From an uncultured delta proteobacterium (GTDB taxonomy: Bacteria; Myxococcota_A; Polyangia; Fen-1088): a stretch of DNA of 64,000 nucleotides. Every line of letters starts with the position of its first letter. The first letter of the stretch is position 1. The notes under the pieces are model-generated. The model saw nothing but the letters and a program-made list of their open reading frames with translations, made no database searches and was not told where the DNA came from. This document shows, piece by piece, positions 1 through 12,567 of this stretch. A program made the translations under genes and the position numbers. Location of the stretch: assembly GCA_963737265.1 (NCBI GenBank), contig CAVTRY010000018.1, positions 241,414 through 305,413 of the forward strand, given 5' to 3'.

Positions 1-360
1 TGCGCACCATGGGTAGATCGCGACGAAGCTCTTCGACGAGCCCGACGAGATTGGCCACCTTGCGCTCGGCGAGCAGGTTCACCTGCAAGTCGAGGTGCGA
101 GCGCTCTTCGGCGTTGCGCGTCTGCCGGTTGGCCGTAATGAGGACGAGCGTGGTCATCAATAGCGCGGACAGCGCGACCATTCCTTGCAGCCAGAAGAAA
201 GGAGGCGGGTCGATGCTGTGCCAACCGAACAGCTTGGCCCCGACGCCGTTGAGCGCGACCCATGCGACGACGACGGACAAGGTCAGATAGACAGTGCGCG
301 GCTTCCCCAGCGCGGCGGTCAGCACCTCTATCATCCGCTGGTGTTTGTCCAGGCGTTGTA
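1..360 (-). CDS. DUF1003-family membrane protein, runs off the window edge; start approximate
   Basis: Manual minus-strand translation: HQRMIEVLTAALGKPRTVYLTLSVVVAWVALN...IDPPPFFWLQGMVALSALLMTTLVLITANRQ...HLDLQVNLLAERKVA, typical of DUF1003. Confidence 0.75.
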
Positions 361-497
361 CCGGACACCTGACCCAACCCCCACCAACCTTCTGACACCG
401 CGCTCTGCCCCGGTCAAGGCGAGAGGGGGTTCGATTTCCGCGTCGACATCGCGTACCTTACGCGCGCGGCTCGGCCGCAACCCCGAACCATGGAACC

Positions 498-2448
498 ATG
501 ATCGCCACTACGAATCTCGCCAAGGAATACGGCGCCCGCGTGCTGTTCGCGGACGTGTCGCTGCAGCTTGGCGCCGGTGCTCGCTACGGCCTCGTGGGCG
601 CGAATGGCTCGGGCAAGACGACCTTCTTGAAGGTTCTGGCCGGAGACGAGGAGGCCTCGGCGGGAACGGTGTCCATCCCCGCGTGCGCCCGCATCGGCGT
701 GCTCAGGCAGGATCGCTTCCTCGACGACGGCGAAATCATCCTGGATCTGGCCATGCGTGGCGATGGGGTGGTGTGGAACGCGCTCACCGAGCAGCGGCGC
801 ATGGTGGCTGCGGGTGGCGACGTGGACGCCGGACGCATGGCGGATCTTGAAGATCTCATCGCCGCGCACGACGGCTACACCCTGGAGGCGCGCGCCAGCG
901 AGGTGCTGGAAGGCCTGGCAATCGCGACGCGCTACCATCGCGCGCCGCTGTCCACGTTGTCGGGCGGTTTCAAGCTGCGCGTGTTGCTGGCCCAGGTGCT
1001 GGTGGGCGGCGTGGACGTGTTGCTGCTCGAACGAGCCGACCAACCATCTCGACATCCTCACCATCCGCTGGCTGGAAAAGTTTCTCGCCGGCTACACCGG
1101 CTGCGCGGTGATCATCTCGCACGACCAGCGCTTCCTCGACAACGTCACCAGCCACACCCTCGACGTGGACTACCAGACCATCACGCTCTACAAGGGCAAC
1201 TACTCGAAGGCGATGGTGGAAAAGGCCGGCGTGCGCCAACGGGCCGAAACGGGCGTGGTGCGCGCGCAGGAGGAGATTGCGCGCAAACGGGCCTTCGTCG
1301 AGCGCTTCGGCGCCAAGAACACCAAGGCCACGCAGGCGCAAAGCCGACTCAAGCAGATCGAGAAGATCGAAGTCGCCACCCTGGTCGAAAGCTCGCGGCG
1401 CACGCCACGCTTTCACGTTGTGCCCGAGCGGCCGAGCGGGCGCGAGGTGCTGGAGCTGCAAGGGGTGAGCAAGGCCTACGGCGACAAGCGCGTGCTGATT
1501 GACGTATCGCTGACGGTGAGGCGGGGCGAGCGGGTGGGCATCATCGGACCCAACGGCCTCGGCAAGTCGACCCTGTTGCGGATCGTCGTGGAACGCTTGG
1601 CGGCGGACGTGGGACGGGTCAAATGGGGGCACGAGACGAGGTTCGGCTATTTTCCGCAGGATCACCGCGAGGTCTTGGATGACGCCGAGGTCACGCCGCT
1701 GCAGTCGATGGAAGCCCTGTGCCCGGGGGAAAGCCCTACCTTCGTGCGCTCGCAGCTTGGGCGGGTTCTATTTTCGGGCGAGGATGTGGACAAGCGCGTG
1801 GGCCTGCTCTCGGGCGGCGAGGCGGCGCGCCTGATCTTCGCGTTGCTGGCCGTGCGCAAGCCCAACGTGCTGGTGCTGGACGAGCCGACCAACCACCTCG
1901 ATTTGGAGGCCATCCACGCCCTGGTGGAGGCGCTCAAGGCGTACACCGGTACGGTTGTCTTCGTCTCGCACGACCGCTGGTTCGTGAGCGAGCTGGCGAC
2001 CCGGATCGTGGAAATCACCGGCGCCGGGCCGCGCGACTTTCCCGGGACGTACGCGGAGTACCTGGCCAAGCTTGGCGACGACCACCTCGACGGGGAAGCG
2101 GTGGCGCTCAAGGCAAGGGCGGCCAAGGCCGAGCCGTCACCGGCGAAGGAAAGCGCGGCGGGCGAGGGAAAGATCGACTCCTGGGAAGAGCAGAAAAGAC
2201 GGCGCAATCGCGCGAGCCAGTTGCCCAAGCTGCGCGACAAGGTGTTGGCGGACATTGCGGCGGTGGAGGCACGCAAGGCCGAGATTCAGGCGATCTACGC
2301 CGATTCGACCTTCTTTCAGCGCGCGAGCCCCGACGAGATCGACGCGCTGGTGAAGGAGCACGATTCGCTGGCGCCGCGGATCGACAGCCTGATGAGCGCA
2401 TGGGAAGAGATCGAGCGCGAGATCGAAGCGGCGGGTAGTCCATCATGA
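498..2448 (+). CDS. ABC-F family ATPase (two ABC domains), split by a +1 base near 1030
   Basis: Walker A motifs GANGSGKTT and GPNGLGKST, two LSGG signatures. The first DEPTNHLD is split across ORFs 498..1502 and 757..2448 (ctcgaacgagccgacc has one extra a). Confidence 0.9.
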
Positions 2449-2775
2449 GAAGGGATCCGAACACCGTCATCTGGACCATCGACGGCAGCGAGCGCTTCCG
2501 CCACACCGGCCGGCGGGTGTCCCGCAGGTGGAGATGTGCGTCATCGCGAACCTGGCCATCGGCGGCACTTGGCCGGGCGCGCCCTTTCGGCCGAAGCAAA
2601 CGAAGCAAACAGGGCGTCTTGTCACCGGCGAGACTCTCAGGTACTGTTTGCGCCAGTATTCCACATGTGAATCGGACCCAACCACCGCGCAGGTGTGGTC
2701 GCCACCTGCCATTGCGCTCAGCGAAGGGTCGGACGCTGATCGGAACCGTTCACCAATCCTGCAAGGAGTGTCGGC

Positions 2776-5700
2776 ATGCAAAGGTTTCCCGGATGGGCAA
2801 TTTTGATAGTGGGCGCTTCCGGTTGGCTGGTTTCGTGCAGCGGCACGAAGGCTGGGGGAAACGTGCCCGGCACTGGCGGGAGCGGCGACGCGGCCGTGGT
2901 CGCCACTGGCGGTGCTACCAGCTCGGGCGGACAAACCGGTGCCATGTCCAGCGGTGGAGGCAATAGCAGCGGGGGGAATGGCGGCGGTGGTGCGTCTTCC
3001 GCTGGTGGAAGCTCGGGCAGCGGAGGTACTTCGAGCCTGAGCGGCGGAGGCGCTTCTCCAAGCGGCGGAACCACAGGTGCGGGCGGAAACGGTGCGGGCG
3101 GAAACAGTGCGGGCGGCGGCGGTAGCGGCGGCGCAACCGGCGGCGCAGCTGGTGGCGGAAGTGGCGGCGGAAACGGTGGGGCCAAAGACGGTGGCGCCAC
3201 GACGTCGGCTGGCGTCACCCTAAGCGTGGGAGGCGGCACCTTGAAGATCGAGCTGTGCGCGGACAACGTGATTCGCGTGGCCTTTGCCAAGAGTGCAGAC
3301 TTCTTCACCCGGGCCAGCTTGATCACGGCGGCGAAGCAGTGCGTGCCAACCTTGGCCACCGCCACGACCGTCGGCAACCTGACCCAGATCGCCACCGACA
3401 AGCTGACCGTGCAGGTCGATACAACGACCGGCCAAGTGACCTTCCTCGATCCCACCGGCCAAACCATTTTGGCCGAAAATACTGCCGGCGGCCGCACCCT
3501 GACCGCCGCGACGGTGCAGGGTGAGGCCACCACCAGCGTTCGCCAGGAATGGGCGCCCAACGCCAGCGAGTCGCTCTACGGACTAGGTCAGCACCAGCAC
3601 GGTCTTATCGACATCAAGGGTACCGATCTGGATCTGCACCAGTACAACACCGAGGTCTACATTCCCTACCTGGTGTCGAGCAACGGCTACGGCATCCTGT
3701 GGGACAATACCTCGTTCACACGCTTCGGCGATCTGACCGACGCTGTGCCCTTGCCTGGAGCCACCGGTCTCTACGCGACGACCGGCGTCCCCGGCGATGT
3801 CAACCCCGGCAACGGCAATGTGAACTGGACGGGCACGATCACGCCCACGGTGACGGGCGATTACACCTTCCGCACCTACTCGACGAGCACTGTCCAGCTT
3901 AGCGTGAACAACCAAATGGTGATCAATCACTGGCGGCAAAGCTGGCTGCCTAACGAGGACATCGCCCACGTGACCCTCACCGCCGGGCAAGCGGTGAAAG
4001 TGCAGCTGCAATGGATCGGTGAGGGCGTTAACATCATTCGCCTGCTGTGGAAGCCGCCCGTCGCCAACCGCACCACCTCGTTCTGGTCCCAGGTGGCCGA
4101 CGGCACCGACTATTACTTCGTGTACGGACCGGAGATCGACGATGTGGTCGCGGGCTACCGGCAGCTGACCGGAAAGGCGACCATGCTGCCCCGGTGGGCC
4201 TACGGGTTCTGGCAATCCCGCGACCACTACCAAACAGCGCAGGATATCACAGGCGTGCTCGATGGCTATCGCAGTCGCAACGCCCCCATCGACAACATCG
4301 TGCAGGACTGGCAGTACTGGGTGGCCAATCAGTGGGGCTCGCACCAGTTCGATCCGAGCCGTTATCCAGATCCGGCTGGCCTGGTCAAAACCGTCCACAA
4401 CACGTACAACGCCCATCTCATGATTTCGGTATGGCCCAAGTTCTACCCCACCACCCAGAACTACAAAGATCTGAACGCCAAGGGCTATGTCTACACACCG
4501 AACATCACCCAGGGCATCAAGGACTTCCTGGGCAATAATTTCACTTTCTACGATGCATTTAGTTCCGGCGCGCGGACCATGTACTGGTCGCAGATCAATA
4601 CGTCGCTGTTCTCTCTGGGCATGGACGCCTGGTGGCTGGACGCAACCGAGCCGGAGGTCGTCGAAGGCCCCTTCACCAGCATCAGCTCGCAGGTGACGAC
4701 CAACCAGACCCACATGAATCCGACCGCTCTCGGCTCGGGTTCGCGCATGCTCGACGCATTCGCCCTGGTCAACAGCCAAGCGGTGTACGAAGGCCAGCGC
4801 TCCACTACCGCCAACCAGCGCGTTTTCACCTTGACCCGAAACGGCTTTGCAGGGCAGCAGCGCTACTCGGCTACGACCTGGTCGGGCGACATCTCATCGA
4901 CCTGGACGGCGATGAAGAAGCAGATCCCGGCGGGCCTCGGCTTCGCGGTATCGGGCATGCCGTACTGGACGTTCGATAGTGGCGGGTACGCGGTGCCGGC
5001 CCGCTTCGCCAATCCTTCCGCAGCAGACACTACCGAATGGCAGGAACTGAACGCCCGCTGGTTCGAGTTTGCGACCTTCCTGCCCATCATGCGCGTGCAC
5101 GGCCAGGCGCCCTACCGCGAGATATGGCAGTTCGGCGGCAACACCAGCTCAGCTTATGCGGCGATGCTCAAGTTCGATAAGCTGCGCTACAACATGCTTC
5201 CCTATGTGTATTCGCTGGCCGGGGCGGTCACCCAGCACGCGGGAACCATGATGCGCCCCCTGGTCATGGACTTCCGCACCGACACCACCGCGCGAGAGAT
5301 CGGGGACGAATACATGTTCGGTCCCGCGTTCCTGGTTGCGCCGGTCACCACCTACCAGGCGACCTCGCGGTCGGTGTATCTGCCAAGCGCCCCAGGCGGC
5401 TGGTACCTCTTCTGGACCGGCGCGACTGCCGCGGGCGGCGCGAGCATCTCCGCCCCAGCCCCGTTCGACGCCATGCCGGTCTACGTGCGCGCGGGATCGA
5501 TCGTGCCGCTCGGCCCGGATCTGCAGTACACCGCGGAGAAGCCCGCGGATCCCATTACCTTGTATGTCTACGGCGGTGCCGACGGGGCCTTCACGCTGTA
5601 CGAGGATCAGGGGACGACCAATGACTACGAAACCTCGGCATTCACCGAGATAGCTCTCAAGTGGACCGATGCCACCAAGACGCTCACCATCGGGGCGCGC

Positions 5701-5847
5701 TCGGGTTCATTTACCGGGATGCTCGCCTCGCGCACCTTCCAGGTCGTTCGCATCGCCTCGGGCAAGGCCGTGGGGTACCCCTCAAGCGCAACGCCGGACA
5801 AGACGGTGACCTACACGGGCGCGGCGGTGGACGTCGTGCTGAACTAG
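2776..5847 (+). CDS. GH31 glycoside hydrolase (alpha-xylosidase-like) lipoprotein with PA14-like insert and Gly/Ser-rich linker
   Basis: Lipobox-like GWLVSC; ~130 aa Gly-rich linker; GH31 motifs IVQDWQYW, WWLDATEP, TWSGDI, YWTFDSGGY, MRVHG. Confidence 0.88.
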   Translation: MQRFPGWAILIVGASGWLVSCSGTKAGGNVPGTGGSGDAAVVATGGATSSGGQTGAMSSGGGNSSGGNGGGGASSAGGSSGSGGTSSLSGGGASPSGGTTGAGGNGAGGNSAGGGGSGGATGGAAGGGSGGGNGGAKDGGATTSAGVTLSVGGGTLKIELCADNVIRVAFAKSADFFTRASLITAAKQCVPTLATATTVGNLTQIATDKLTVQVDTTTGQVTFLDPTGQTILAENTAGGRTLTAATVQGEATTSVRQEWAPNASESLYGLGQHQHGLIDIKGTDLDLHQYNTEVYIPYLVSSNGYGILWDNTSFTRFGDLTDAVPLPGATGLYATTGVPGDVNPGNGNVNWTGTITPTVTGDYTFRTYSTSTVQLSVNNQMVINHWRQSWLPNEDIAHVTLTAGQAVKVQLQWIGEGVNIIRLLWKPPVANRTTSFWSQVADGTDYYFVYGPEIDDVVAGYRQLTGKATMLPRWAYGFWQSRDHYQTAQDITGVLDGYRSRNAPIDNIVQDWQYWVANQWGSHQFDPSRYPDPAGLVKTVHNTYNAHLMISVWPKFYPTTQNYKDLNAKGYVYTPNITQGIKDFLGNNFTFYDAFSSGARTMYWSQINTSLFSLGMDAWWLDATEPEVVEGPFTSISSQVTTNQTHMNPTALGSGSRMLDAFALVNSQAVYEGQRSTTANQRVFTLTRNGFAGQQRYSATTWSGDISSTWTAMKKQIPAGLGFAVSGMPYWTFDSGGYAVPARFANPSAADTTEWQELNARWFEFATFLPIMRVHGQAPYREIWQFGGNTSSAYAAMLKFDKLRYNMLPYVYSLAGAVTQHAGTMMRPLVMDFRTDTTAREIGDEYMFGPAFLVAPVTTYQATSRSVYLPSAPGGWYLFWTGATAAGGASISAPAPFDAMPVYVRAGSIVPLGPDLQYTAEKPADPITLYVYGGADGAFTLYEDQGTTNDYETSAFTEIALKWTDATKTLTIGARSGSFTGMLASRTFQVVRIASGKAVGYPSSATPDKTVTYTGAAVDVVLN

Positions 5848-5866
5848 CCCGGATTTCCAGACGGCA

Positions 5867-7159
5867 CTAAATATGCGTGCGAATCAGCGACTGCACGCCG
5901 ACCACGACGGCGAGGGCTCGGATCTCGCCGACGGCCTTTTGGAAATCGGATTCGGTGACTTCGTGGGTGAAGATGACCAGCTCGACGGAGGCGCCGGTCG
6001 CTTCTTGCTGCGTGACCGCGCTGATGCTGACGCCGCAATCCCCGAAGATCTTCGTGATGGATGCGAGCACGCCGGGCTGATCCTTGACGTCGAGGCGCAG
6101 GTAGAACTGGGTTTTGACCTGGCCCATGGGAACTACGGCCTTTTTGCGCGAGCCGAAGTTCATGCGCGGACTGGTGCCGCCGCCGGCCTGGTGCATGGCC
6201 AAATCGATGATGTCGCCCACGATGGCGGACGCCGTCGGCAATTGGCCAGCGCCGCGGCCGTAGAACATGACGTCACCCACGTAGTTGCCGCGCGCGAAGA
6301 CGGCGTTGAAGGAATCGCTGACGGCGGCGAGGGGATGGCTTTTCGGGACCATCACGGGATGCACGCGCAGCTCGACATGATCGTTGCCGTGCGCGGCGCC
6401 GATGGCGAGCAACTTGATGACGTAGCCGTAGCTCTTGGCGATGGCGATGTCGCGCGCTGAAATGTTGCGAATGCCCTCGGTGTGGATTTCGCGGTAGTCG
6501 AAGTAGCTGTCGAAGGCCAGCGACGCGAGGATGGACAGCTTGTAGGCGGCATCGTGGCCGTCCACGTCGGCGGTTGGATCGGCCTCGGCGTAGCCCAAAC
6601 GCTGCGCCTCGGCCAGCACGTCGGCGAATTCGGCGCCCTCGCGATCCATCTTGGTCAGGATGAAGTTGGTCGTGCCGTTGACGATGCCGAGGATCTTCTC
6701 GAAACGGTTGGCGGCCAGCGATTGACCGAAGGCGTGAATCACTGGAATGCCACCACACGAGCTGGCCTCGAAATGAAGCGTGACGTTGTGCTTGCGCGCC
6801 AGGGCGAACAGGTGCGGTCCCTGCTTGGCGATGAGCTCTTTGTTGGCCGTCACCACGTGCCTGCCGGAGATAAGAGCAGCCTCGATGAAGGACTGCGCCG
6901 GCTTGGTCCCGCCGATGACTTCCACCACGACGTTGATGTCAGGGTCGGCCAGAAGACTCTTGGCGTCATTCGTCAGCAGCGCTTCGGGCAGGCCGGTCGA
7001 CGCACGTTTCGTCGGGTCCAAATCCGCGGCCTTGACGAGCTCGATGGCAACGCCCGTCTTGCGGAACAGATATTCCTTTTCCGCAACGAGCAATTTCACG
7101 ACGCCACTCCCGACGGTTCCGCAGCCGATGACTCCAACCCCTAATTTTGCGTTGGCCAT
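5867..7159 (-). CDS. hom: Homoserine dehydrogenase with C-terminal ACT domain
   Basis: GCGTVGSG, VVTANK, GILNGT-like GIVNGTTNFIL, GYAEADPTADVDG, GRGAG, ACT motif DQPGVL. Confidence 0.95.
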   Translation of the reverse strand: MANAKLGVGVIGCGTVGSGVVKLLVAEKEYLFRKTGVAIELVKAADLDPTKRASTGLPEALLTNDAKSLLADPDINVVVEVIGGTKPAQSFIEAALISGRHVVTANKELIAKQGPHLFALARKHNVTLHFEASSCGGIPVIHAFGQSLAANRFEKILGIVNGTTNFILTKMDREGAEFADVLAEAQRLGYAEADPTADVDGHDAAYKLSILASLAFDSYFDYREIHTEGIRNISARDIAIAKSYGYVIKLLAIGAAHGNDHVELRVHPVMVPKSHPLAAVSDSFNAVFARGNYVGDVMFYGRGAGQLPTASAIVGDIIDLAMHQAGGGTSPRMNFGSRKKAVVPMGQVKTQFYLRLDVKDQPGVLASITKIFGDCGVSISAVTQQEATGASVELVIFTHEVTESDFQKAVGEIRALAVVVGVQSLIRTHI

Positions 7160-7285
7160 TCCGATTCTCCTAGTTTTGCCCATCGTGCGGCAGTTTGGGC
7201 GCGCCCGCGGCGAGCCAAGACCTATCGCTCTTTTCGCTCAAGTTCAACCGTTCCGACTAGGTTAGCGCGGCGGGCTGGCCAGTGA

Positions 7286-7314
7286 TTGCGTAAGAAACTC
7301 GGTCGTGCTAAGAA
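7286..7314 (+). promoter_or_regulatory. Candidate sigma70 promoter for the rimP-nusA-infB operon
   Basis: TTGCGT-17 bp-TAAGAA with TG just upstream of the -10. Confidence 0.4.
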
Positions 7315-7346
7315 GCCCGAACAGTATAAGGCACACCCAAACGCAG

Positions 7347-7374
7347 GGCGGGCCATCGAGCCCGCCTTTTTTTT
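7347..7374 (+). terminator. Intrinsic terminator-like hairpin in the rimP leader (attenuator)
   Basis: GGCGGGC-CATCGA-GCCCGCC followed by T8, ~60 nt before the rimP start. Confidence 0.75.
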
Positions 7375-7433
7375 GTCCAAAAACACCCGACAGCATCCAA
7401 AACAAGCAGAGAAACCGGTCAGGTACGAAAAGA

Positions 7434-8033
7434 ATGCGCAAAGAAATCGACGAGCTCTGGAGGCTGCTTGAGCCCCCCATCCAGGGAGCCGGCCTGGAGC
7501 TTGTCGAGCTGCAATGGAACCGCGAAGTCGAAGGCTGGGTGATGCGCGTATTTATCGACCGACCCGAAGGTCCGCAGGTGCCCGGCGCCGACGACACGGA
7601 CGCGTCGGTTTTCGGCGCCATGCTGGTAAGCCATGAGGACTGCGAGCGCGTCAGCCACGATCTTTCGGCCACGCTCGACGTGGCGGATTGTATACATCAC
7701 ACCTATCGATTGGAGGTCAGTTCACCCGGCATCGACAGACCTTTGCGCCGACAGAGCGATTTTGCGCGATTCGCCGGCGAGAAGGCAAGAATTAGAACAT
7801 TAGATCCGGTGGAAGGACGGCGGAACTTTTCCGGCGTTCTTGCCGGCGCCAAGGACGGACAGGTGCAGATTGACTGTGACGGCAGGTCGTACCAACTGCC
7901 CATCACGGCCATCGTGCGTGCCAACCTGATTCCGGACTGGGACGCCGAATTTCACCGGCCAGCAGGGGCTGTCCCCACGGCCCCGAAAGGCCGCAACCGA
8001 GGCCCCCACACGACACCGAGGAGTGCGTCATGA
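7434..8033 (+). CDS. rimP: Ribosome maturation factor RimP
   Basis: [20 protein letters not shown]; lies upstream of nusA. Confidence 0.93.
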   Translation: MRKEIDELWRLLEPPIQGAGLELVELQWNREVEGWVMRVFIDRPEGPQVPGADDTDASVFGAMLVSHEDCERVSHDLSATLDVADCIHHTYRLEVSSPGIDRPLRRQSDFARFAGEKARIRTLDPVEGRRNFSGVLAGAKDGQVQIDCDGRSYQLPITAIVRANLIPDWDAEFHRPAGAVPTAPKGRNRGPHTTPRSAS

Positions 8034-9442
8034 GCGACGGTACAAGTCTGAGCCTGGTCCTCGATCAGGTTTCCAAAGATAAGAACATCGAACGCAAGAT
8101 TCTGGTTGAAGCCCTCGAACAGGCCATCCTGACCGCGGCCAAGAAAACCTTCGGCGAAGACCGCGAGATGGAAGCGAAATTCAACGAGGCGACCGGGCGA
8201 GTCGATCTGTCCCAGATCATCGTCGTTGCCGATCCGGTCACCTCGCCGGCGAAGGAGATTACGCTCGAAGAGGCGAACCAGTTCAACTTGCAGGCCGATG
8301 TCGGCGACGAGTTGCTGTTTCAGATCTTCTACGACGACAAGGATCAGGCCAGGGCCGAGGAGCAAGACGGCAAATACGGGGCGCTGCTCAAGCTCAACCG
8401 AGCGTGGAAGACGTTCGGCCGATTTGCCGCCCAGACCGCAAAGCAGGTCATCTTGCAAAGGGTGCGCGAAGCCGAGCGCGACAATGTATTCAACCAGTAT
8501 CGCGACAAGAAGGGCGAGCTGATCTCGGGCATCGTGCGCCGCTTCGAGCGCGGCAATATCGTGGTCGATCTCGGTGGCCCCGAGGCGATCCTGCCGGTGC
8601 GCGAGCAGGTGCAGCGGGAATCCTACCGGGCCGGCGACCGCATCGTGGCCTACGTCGTCGACATCGACAAGTCGGCGCGCGGGCCGCAGATCATCATCTC
8701 GCGCGCGCACAAGGGCCTGCTCGAAAAGCTCTTCGAGATGGAGGTCCCGGAAATTTACGACAAGATCGTGCGCGTCGAGGCGTCGGCGCGTGAAGCCGGG
8801 GCGCGCTCGAAGATCGCGGTTCAGTCGCGCGACCGCGACGTGGATCCCGTGGGCGCCTGCGTGGGCATGAAGGGCTCGCGCGTGCAGGCGGTGGTGCAGG
8901 AGCTACGCGGCGAAAAGATCGACATCGTTCCCTACGATCCCGATCCCGCGCGTTTCGTGTGCAACGCCATCGCGCCCGCCGAGGTGTCACGCGTGCTCAT
9001 CGACGCCGCCAACCACACCATGCAGCTCATCGTGCCCGACGACAAGCTGTCGCTCGCTATCGGCAAGAAGGGGCAAAACGTTCGGCTTGCCTCGCAGCTC
9101 ACCGGCTGGCGAATCGATATCCACTCGGAAAGCAAGGTGCGCGAGATGGAGGATCGGGCGCGCGCCTCGTTGGCGGCGATTCCCGGTGTGTCCGCCGAAT
9201 TGGCCGAAACCCTGTTCCGCGCCGATTGGCGTTCGGCGGCCGAGGTGGCCAGAACTGCGCCCGCCGAGCTGGCCGCGATTCCGGGCGTGGGCTCGGAAGC
9301 GGCCGCAGCTCGAATCATCGAGGCTGCCGCTGGCGCCGCCGAGGAGGAGAAGGTCCGCGCCCAGGCCGAGCGTGACGCAGCCGCGGTGACCGCAGCCGAG
9401 GTCGCGGCTGCCGCAGCCGCCCCCATCGAGGAACACGCATGA
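8030..9442 (+). CDS. nusA: Transcription termination factor NusA
   Basis: [16 protein letters not shown]1/KH domains, [23 protein letters not shown]. Confidence 0.97.
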   Translation: MSDGTSLSLVLDQVSKDKNIERKILVEALEQAILTAAKKTFGEDREMEAKFNEATGRVDLSQIIVVADPVTSPAKEITLEEANQFNLQADVGDELLFQIFYDDKDQARAEEQDGKYGALLKLNRAWKTFGRFAAQTAKQVILQRVREAERDNVFNQYRDKKGELISGIVRRFERGNIVVDLGGPEAILPVREQVQRESYRAGDRIVAYVVDIDKSARGPQIIISRAHKGLLEKLFEMEVPEIYDKIVRVEASAREAGARSKIAVQSRDRDVDPVGACVGMKGSRVQAVVQELRGEKIDIVPYDPDPARFVCNAIAPAEVSRVLIDAANHTMQLIVPDDKLSLAIGKKGQNVRLASQLTGWRIDIHSESKVREMEDRARASLAAIPGVSAELAETLFRADWRSAAEVARTAPAELAAIPGVGSEAAAARIIEAAAGAAEEEKVRAQAERDAAAVTAAEVAAAAAAPIEEHA

Positions 9443-9457
9443 CAGAAGGCGAACCTC

Positions 9458-9769
9458 ATGGGGCGCGCGCCCGAACGGACGTGCATCGGATGCCGGACGG
9501 TTTGTCCGGCTTCCGAGCTGGTCCGTCTGATCGCGCCCGATGGCAGGGTTTGCGTGGCACGATTTGGGCCGGGGCAGACCCTTGCGAATGGACGCACAGA
9601 GAAGCGCGGGCGCGGCGCCTGGGTTCATCCTCGCTGTATGGCCGCCGCCTTGAAGGCCATGGGCCGGGCTTTTCGCCGGCAGGTCGAGGTTTTGGATCAA
9701 AAGACTCTCTTGGCTCAGGTGCATTCTGCATCCGGGCAGTCGATCAACGCGCAGGGTGACTTACGATGA
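9458..9769 (+). CDS. ylxR: YlxR/DUF448 RNA-binding protein
   Basis: PERTCIGCR and GRGAWV; between nusA and infB. Confidence 0.85.
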   Translation: MGRAPERTCIGCRTVCPASELVRLIAPDGRVCVARFGPGQTLANGRTEKRGRGAWVHPRCMAAALKAMGRAFRRQVEVLDQKTLLAQVHSASGQSINAQGDLR

Positions 9770-12522
9770 TTGGAAGCGGATTTGATCGAAGAGATTCCGG
9801 CGCCGACGGGGCCGGCTCCTCCAGCGCGGGCGCGAAGGTTCGCGTCTACGAGTTGGCCAAGGACTGCAATCTGGCACCCAAGGACCTCGTGGCGAAGATT
9901 CGCACGCTCGGCATCGACGTGGCCAACCACATGTCCCATCTCGATGTTGCCGACGCGGATCGCGTCCGGCGCACAATTGAGCGCGAGCGGCAGGAATCCC
10001 TGGTGGAGACGCGTATCAACGACACCGTGATTCGTCGCCGTTCGCGTTTGCCTGCTGGCGCGCCCGCGGTGCGGCCGCAACCGGTCGCGGTTTCTTCGCC
10101 GAGACCCGCCGGACTCCCGCCTTCGCCCACGCCCACGCCTACGCCCGAACCGGCGGTTCCCGCGACGCGCGTCGTGTTCGCGGTGCCCGAGCCGGATGAA
10201 CCGGCTCCTCCGGCGGTGGAGCCACCATGTCCCGAGGTCGAGCCAGCCGCACCGGCAGTGGAACCGGTTGTCGTCGCGCCCGCGCCGGTCGAACCGCTTG
10301 CGGCCGAGGCGGTCGCTGCGGAATCGCCCAAGGAAATACCGCCAGAGCGCGCTCCGGCGCCCGTCGCTCCGGCGCCCGCCGCGCCGGCGCCCGCCGCGCC
10401 GGCGTCCGTATTGCCTCCCGTCCAGTACGCCAGGCCGGCAGCGACTCTGCCAGCCGTCACCAAGATCCCCCAGCCGGTCGTCACGGGCTCGGCTGCCACC
10501 GGACAGTTCATCCAGCTTCCGGGCATGCCCGGTCGAGACGGCTCGGTTCCCAAAATCGAAATCACGAATCGCGACGAGGAACTGCGCCGGCTCGGACGCA
10601 GCGGACTGGTTTCGCGCGGTCCGGGCGGGCGCGACTGGCGCACGCCCGGTGGAGCGCCAGGGCAGCGTCCAGGCGGCCCGCCCAGGAAGAGAGTCGCGGC
10701 GGCCGGAAAGAAGACGAAGCAGACCCAGATTACGACGCCAGCCGAACACAAGCGCGTGATTCGCATGGGCGAAACCATTGCGGTGTCCGACCTCGCGCAA
10801 AAGATGGGCGTGAAGAGCAACGAGGTCATCAAGAAGCTGTGGGCGCTCGGTATGATGGGCGTCAACATCAACCAGAGCGTCGACCAGGACACCGCTGGTT
10901 TGATTGCCGGTGAATTCGGCTACCAAATCGAATCGACGGCCTTCCGCGAGGATGAGTTCATCTCCGAGGGACAGACCGACAACCCCGAGGACTTGGTGCC
11001 GCGTGCGCCCGTCATCACGGTCATGGGCCACGTCGATCACGGCAAGACATCGCTGCTCGATGCCATCCGCAAGGCCAACGTCGCCGCGGGCGAGGCGGGC
11101 GGCATCACCCAGCACATCGGCGCCTACAAGGTCCACACCGCGACCGGCGATGTCGTCTTCTTGGATACGCCCGGCCACGAGGCCTTCACCGCTATGCGCG
11201 CACGCGGCGCCCAGATGACCGACATCGTGGTCATCGTGGTGGCGGCCGAGGAAGGCCCCATGCCGCAAACCATCGAGGCCATCAAGCACGCGCAGGCCGC
11301 CGAGGTTCCCATCCTGGTGGCCATCAACAAGGTCGACAAGCCCGGCGCCAATCCGGCCGGCGTGCGCACCAAGCTGATGGAGTACGGACTCGTGGCCGAG
11401 GAGCTGGGCGGCGAAACTATCTACGTCGACGTCTCGGCCAAGACCAAGGTCGGCATCGACAAGCTGCTCGAAATGCTGGCCTTGCAGGCCGAGGTGCTCG
11501 AGCTCAAGGCCAATCCCAACAAGCCGGCGCGCGGCAACGTGGTCGAGGCCCGTCTCGACAGGTCGCGCGGGGCCATCGCCTCAGTGCTGGTCAAGGAAGG
11601 TACCCTGCGGCTCGGCGACCTGGTAGTCGCGGGCGAGGCCTACGGAAAGTTGCGCGCCATGCTCGGCGACAAGGGCCAGATCATCACGGAGGCGGGACCG
11701 TCGACGCCGGTGGAATTGCTGGGCCTCGAAGGCGTGCCCGACGCGGGCGAGCTGTTCAACGTCGTGACCGATGAGAAGTCGGCCAAGGCATTGGTCGAAC
11801 ACCGCCGCGAGCAGCGCAAGCGCAAGGAAGCCAGCGCCAACACGCGCGTCTCGCTCGAGAACATCCTCGACCGAATCAAGGAAGGCGCGGTCAAAGAGGT
11901 GCGCATCGTGCTCAAGGCCGATGTGCAGGGATCGGTCGAAGCCATTGCGAATGCGCTTCGTAACCTGTCCACGCCCACCGTCGGCGTCAGCGTCATTTCG
12001 TCCGGGGTCGGTGGCATCACCGAATCGGACGTGACCTTGGCCAAGGCATCGTCGGCCATCGTGATCGGCTTCAACGTTCGTCCCGCCGGCAAGTCGCGCG
12101 CCCTCGCCGATCAAGAAGGCGTGGACATCAAGCTCTACCAAATCATCTACGACGCCATCGACGACGTGAAAAAAGCGATGGTCGGTATGCTCGCGCCGGT
12201 CATGCGCGAGAAGGTCATCGGCAAGGCCGAGATCCGCCAGGTCTTCCACATCGCCAAGGCCGGCACGGTCGCCGGCTGCACAGTGGTGGACGGCAAGCTC
12301 ACGCGCAAGGCCCAGGTTCGCTTGGTGCGAGATTCGGTCGTTGTCTTCACCGGCAAGCTGGCTTCGCTGCGACGATTCAAAGAAGACGCCAGCGAGGTTA
12401 CCAATGGTTACGAGTGTGGCATCACCATCGACGGCTACGGCGACGTGAAGGAACACGACATCATCGAAGCCTTCGAGGTGGAGACCCTAGCTGCGGTCGC
12501 TCGACGCCGCCATCACGGATAA
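9766..12522 (+). CDS. infB: Translation initiation factor IF-2 (last ~10 codons possibly frameshifted)
   Basis: [40 protein letters not shown]. Confidence 0.98.
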   Translation: MIGSGFDRRDSGADGAGSSSAGAKVRVYELAKDCNLAPKDLVAKIRTLGIDVANHMSHLDVADADRVRRTIERERQESLVETRINDTVIRRRSRLPAGAPAVRPQPVAVSSPRPAGLPPSPTPTPTPEPAVPATRVVFAVPEPDEPAPPAVEPPCPEVEPAAPAVEPVVVAPAPVEPLAAEAVAAESPKEIPPERAPAPVAPAPAAPAPAAPASVLPPVQYARPAATLPAVTKIPQPVVTGSAATGQFIQLPGMPGRDGSVPKIEITNRDEELRRLGRSGLVSRGPGGRDWRTPGGAPGQRPGGPPRKRVAAAGKKTKQTQITTPAEHKRVIRMGETIAVSDLAQKMGVKSNEVIKKLWALGMMGVNINQSVDQDTAGLIAGEFGYQIESTAFREDEFISEGQTDNPEDLVPRAPVITVMGHVDHGKTSLLDAIRKANVAAGEAGGITQHIGAYKVHTATGDVVFLDTPGHEAFTAMRARGAQMTDIVVIVVAAEEGPMPQTIEAIKHAQAAEVPILVAINKVDKPGANPAGVRTKLMEYGLVAEELGGETIYVDVSAKTKVGIDKLLEMLALQAEVLELKANPNKPARGNVVEARLDRSRGAIASVLVKEGTLRLGDLVVAGEAYGKLRAMLGDKGQIITEAGPSTPVELLGLEGVPDAGELFNVVTDEKSAKALVEHRREQRKRKEASANTRVSLENILDRIKEGAVKEVRIVLKADVQGSVEAIANALRNLSTPTVGVSVISSGVGGITESDVTLAKASSAIVIGFNVRPAGKSRALADQEGVDIKLYQIIYDAIDDVKKAMVGMLAPVMREKVIGKAEIRQVFHIAKAGTVAGCTVVDGKLTRKAQVRLVRDSVVVFTGKLASLRRFKEDASEVTNGYECGITIDGYGDVKEHDIIEAFEVETLAAVARRRHHG

Positions 12523-12567
12523 GTCCGGCCGCCGCTAGTATGCGGCGGTCGCGCACCGTCTCCTTCC

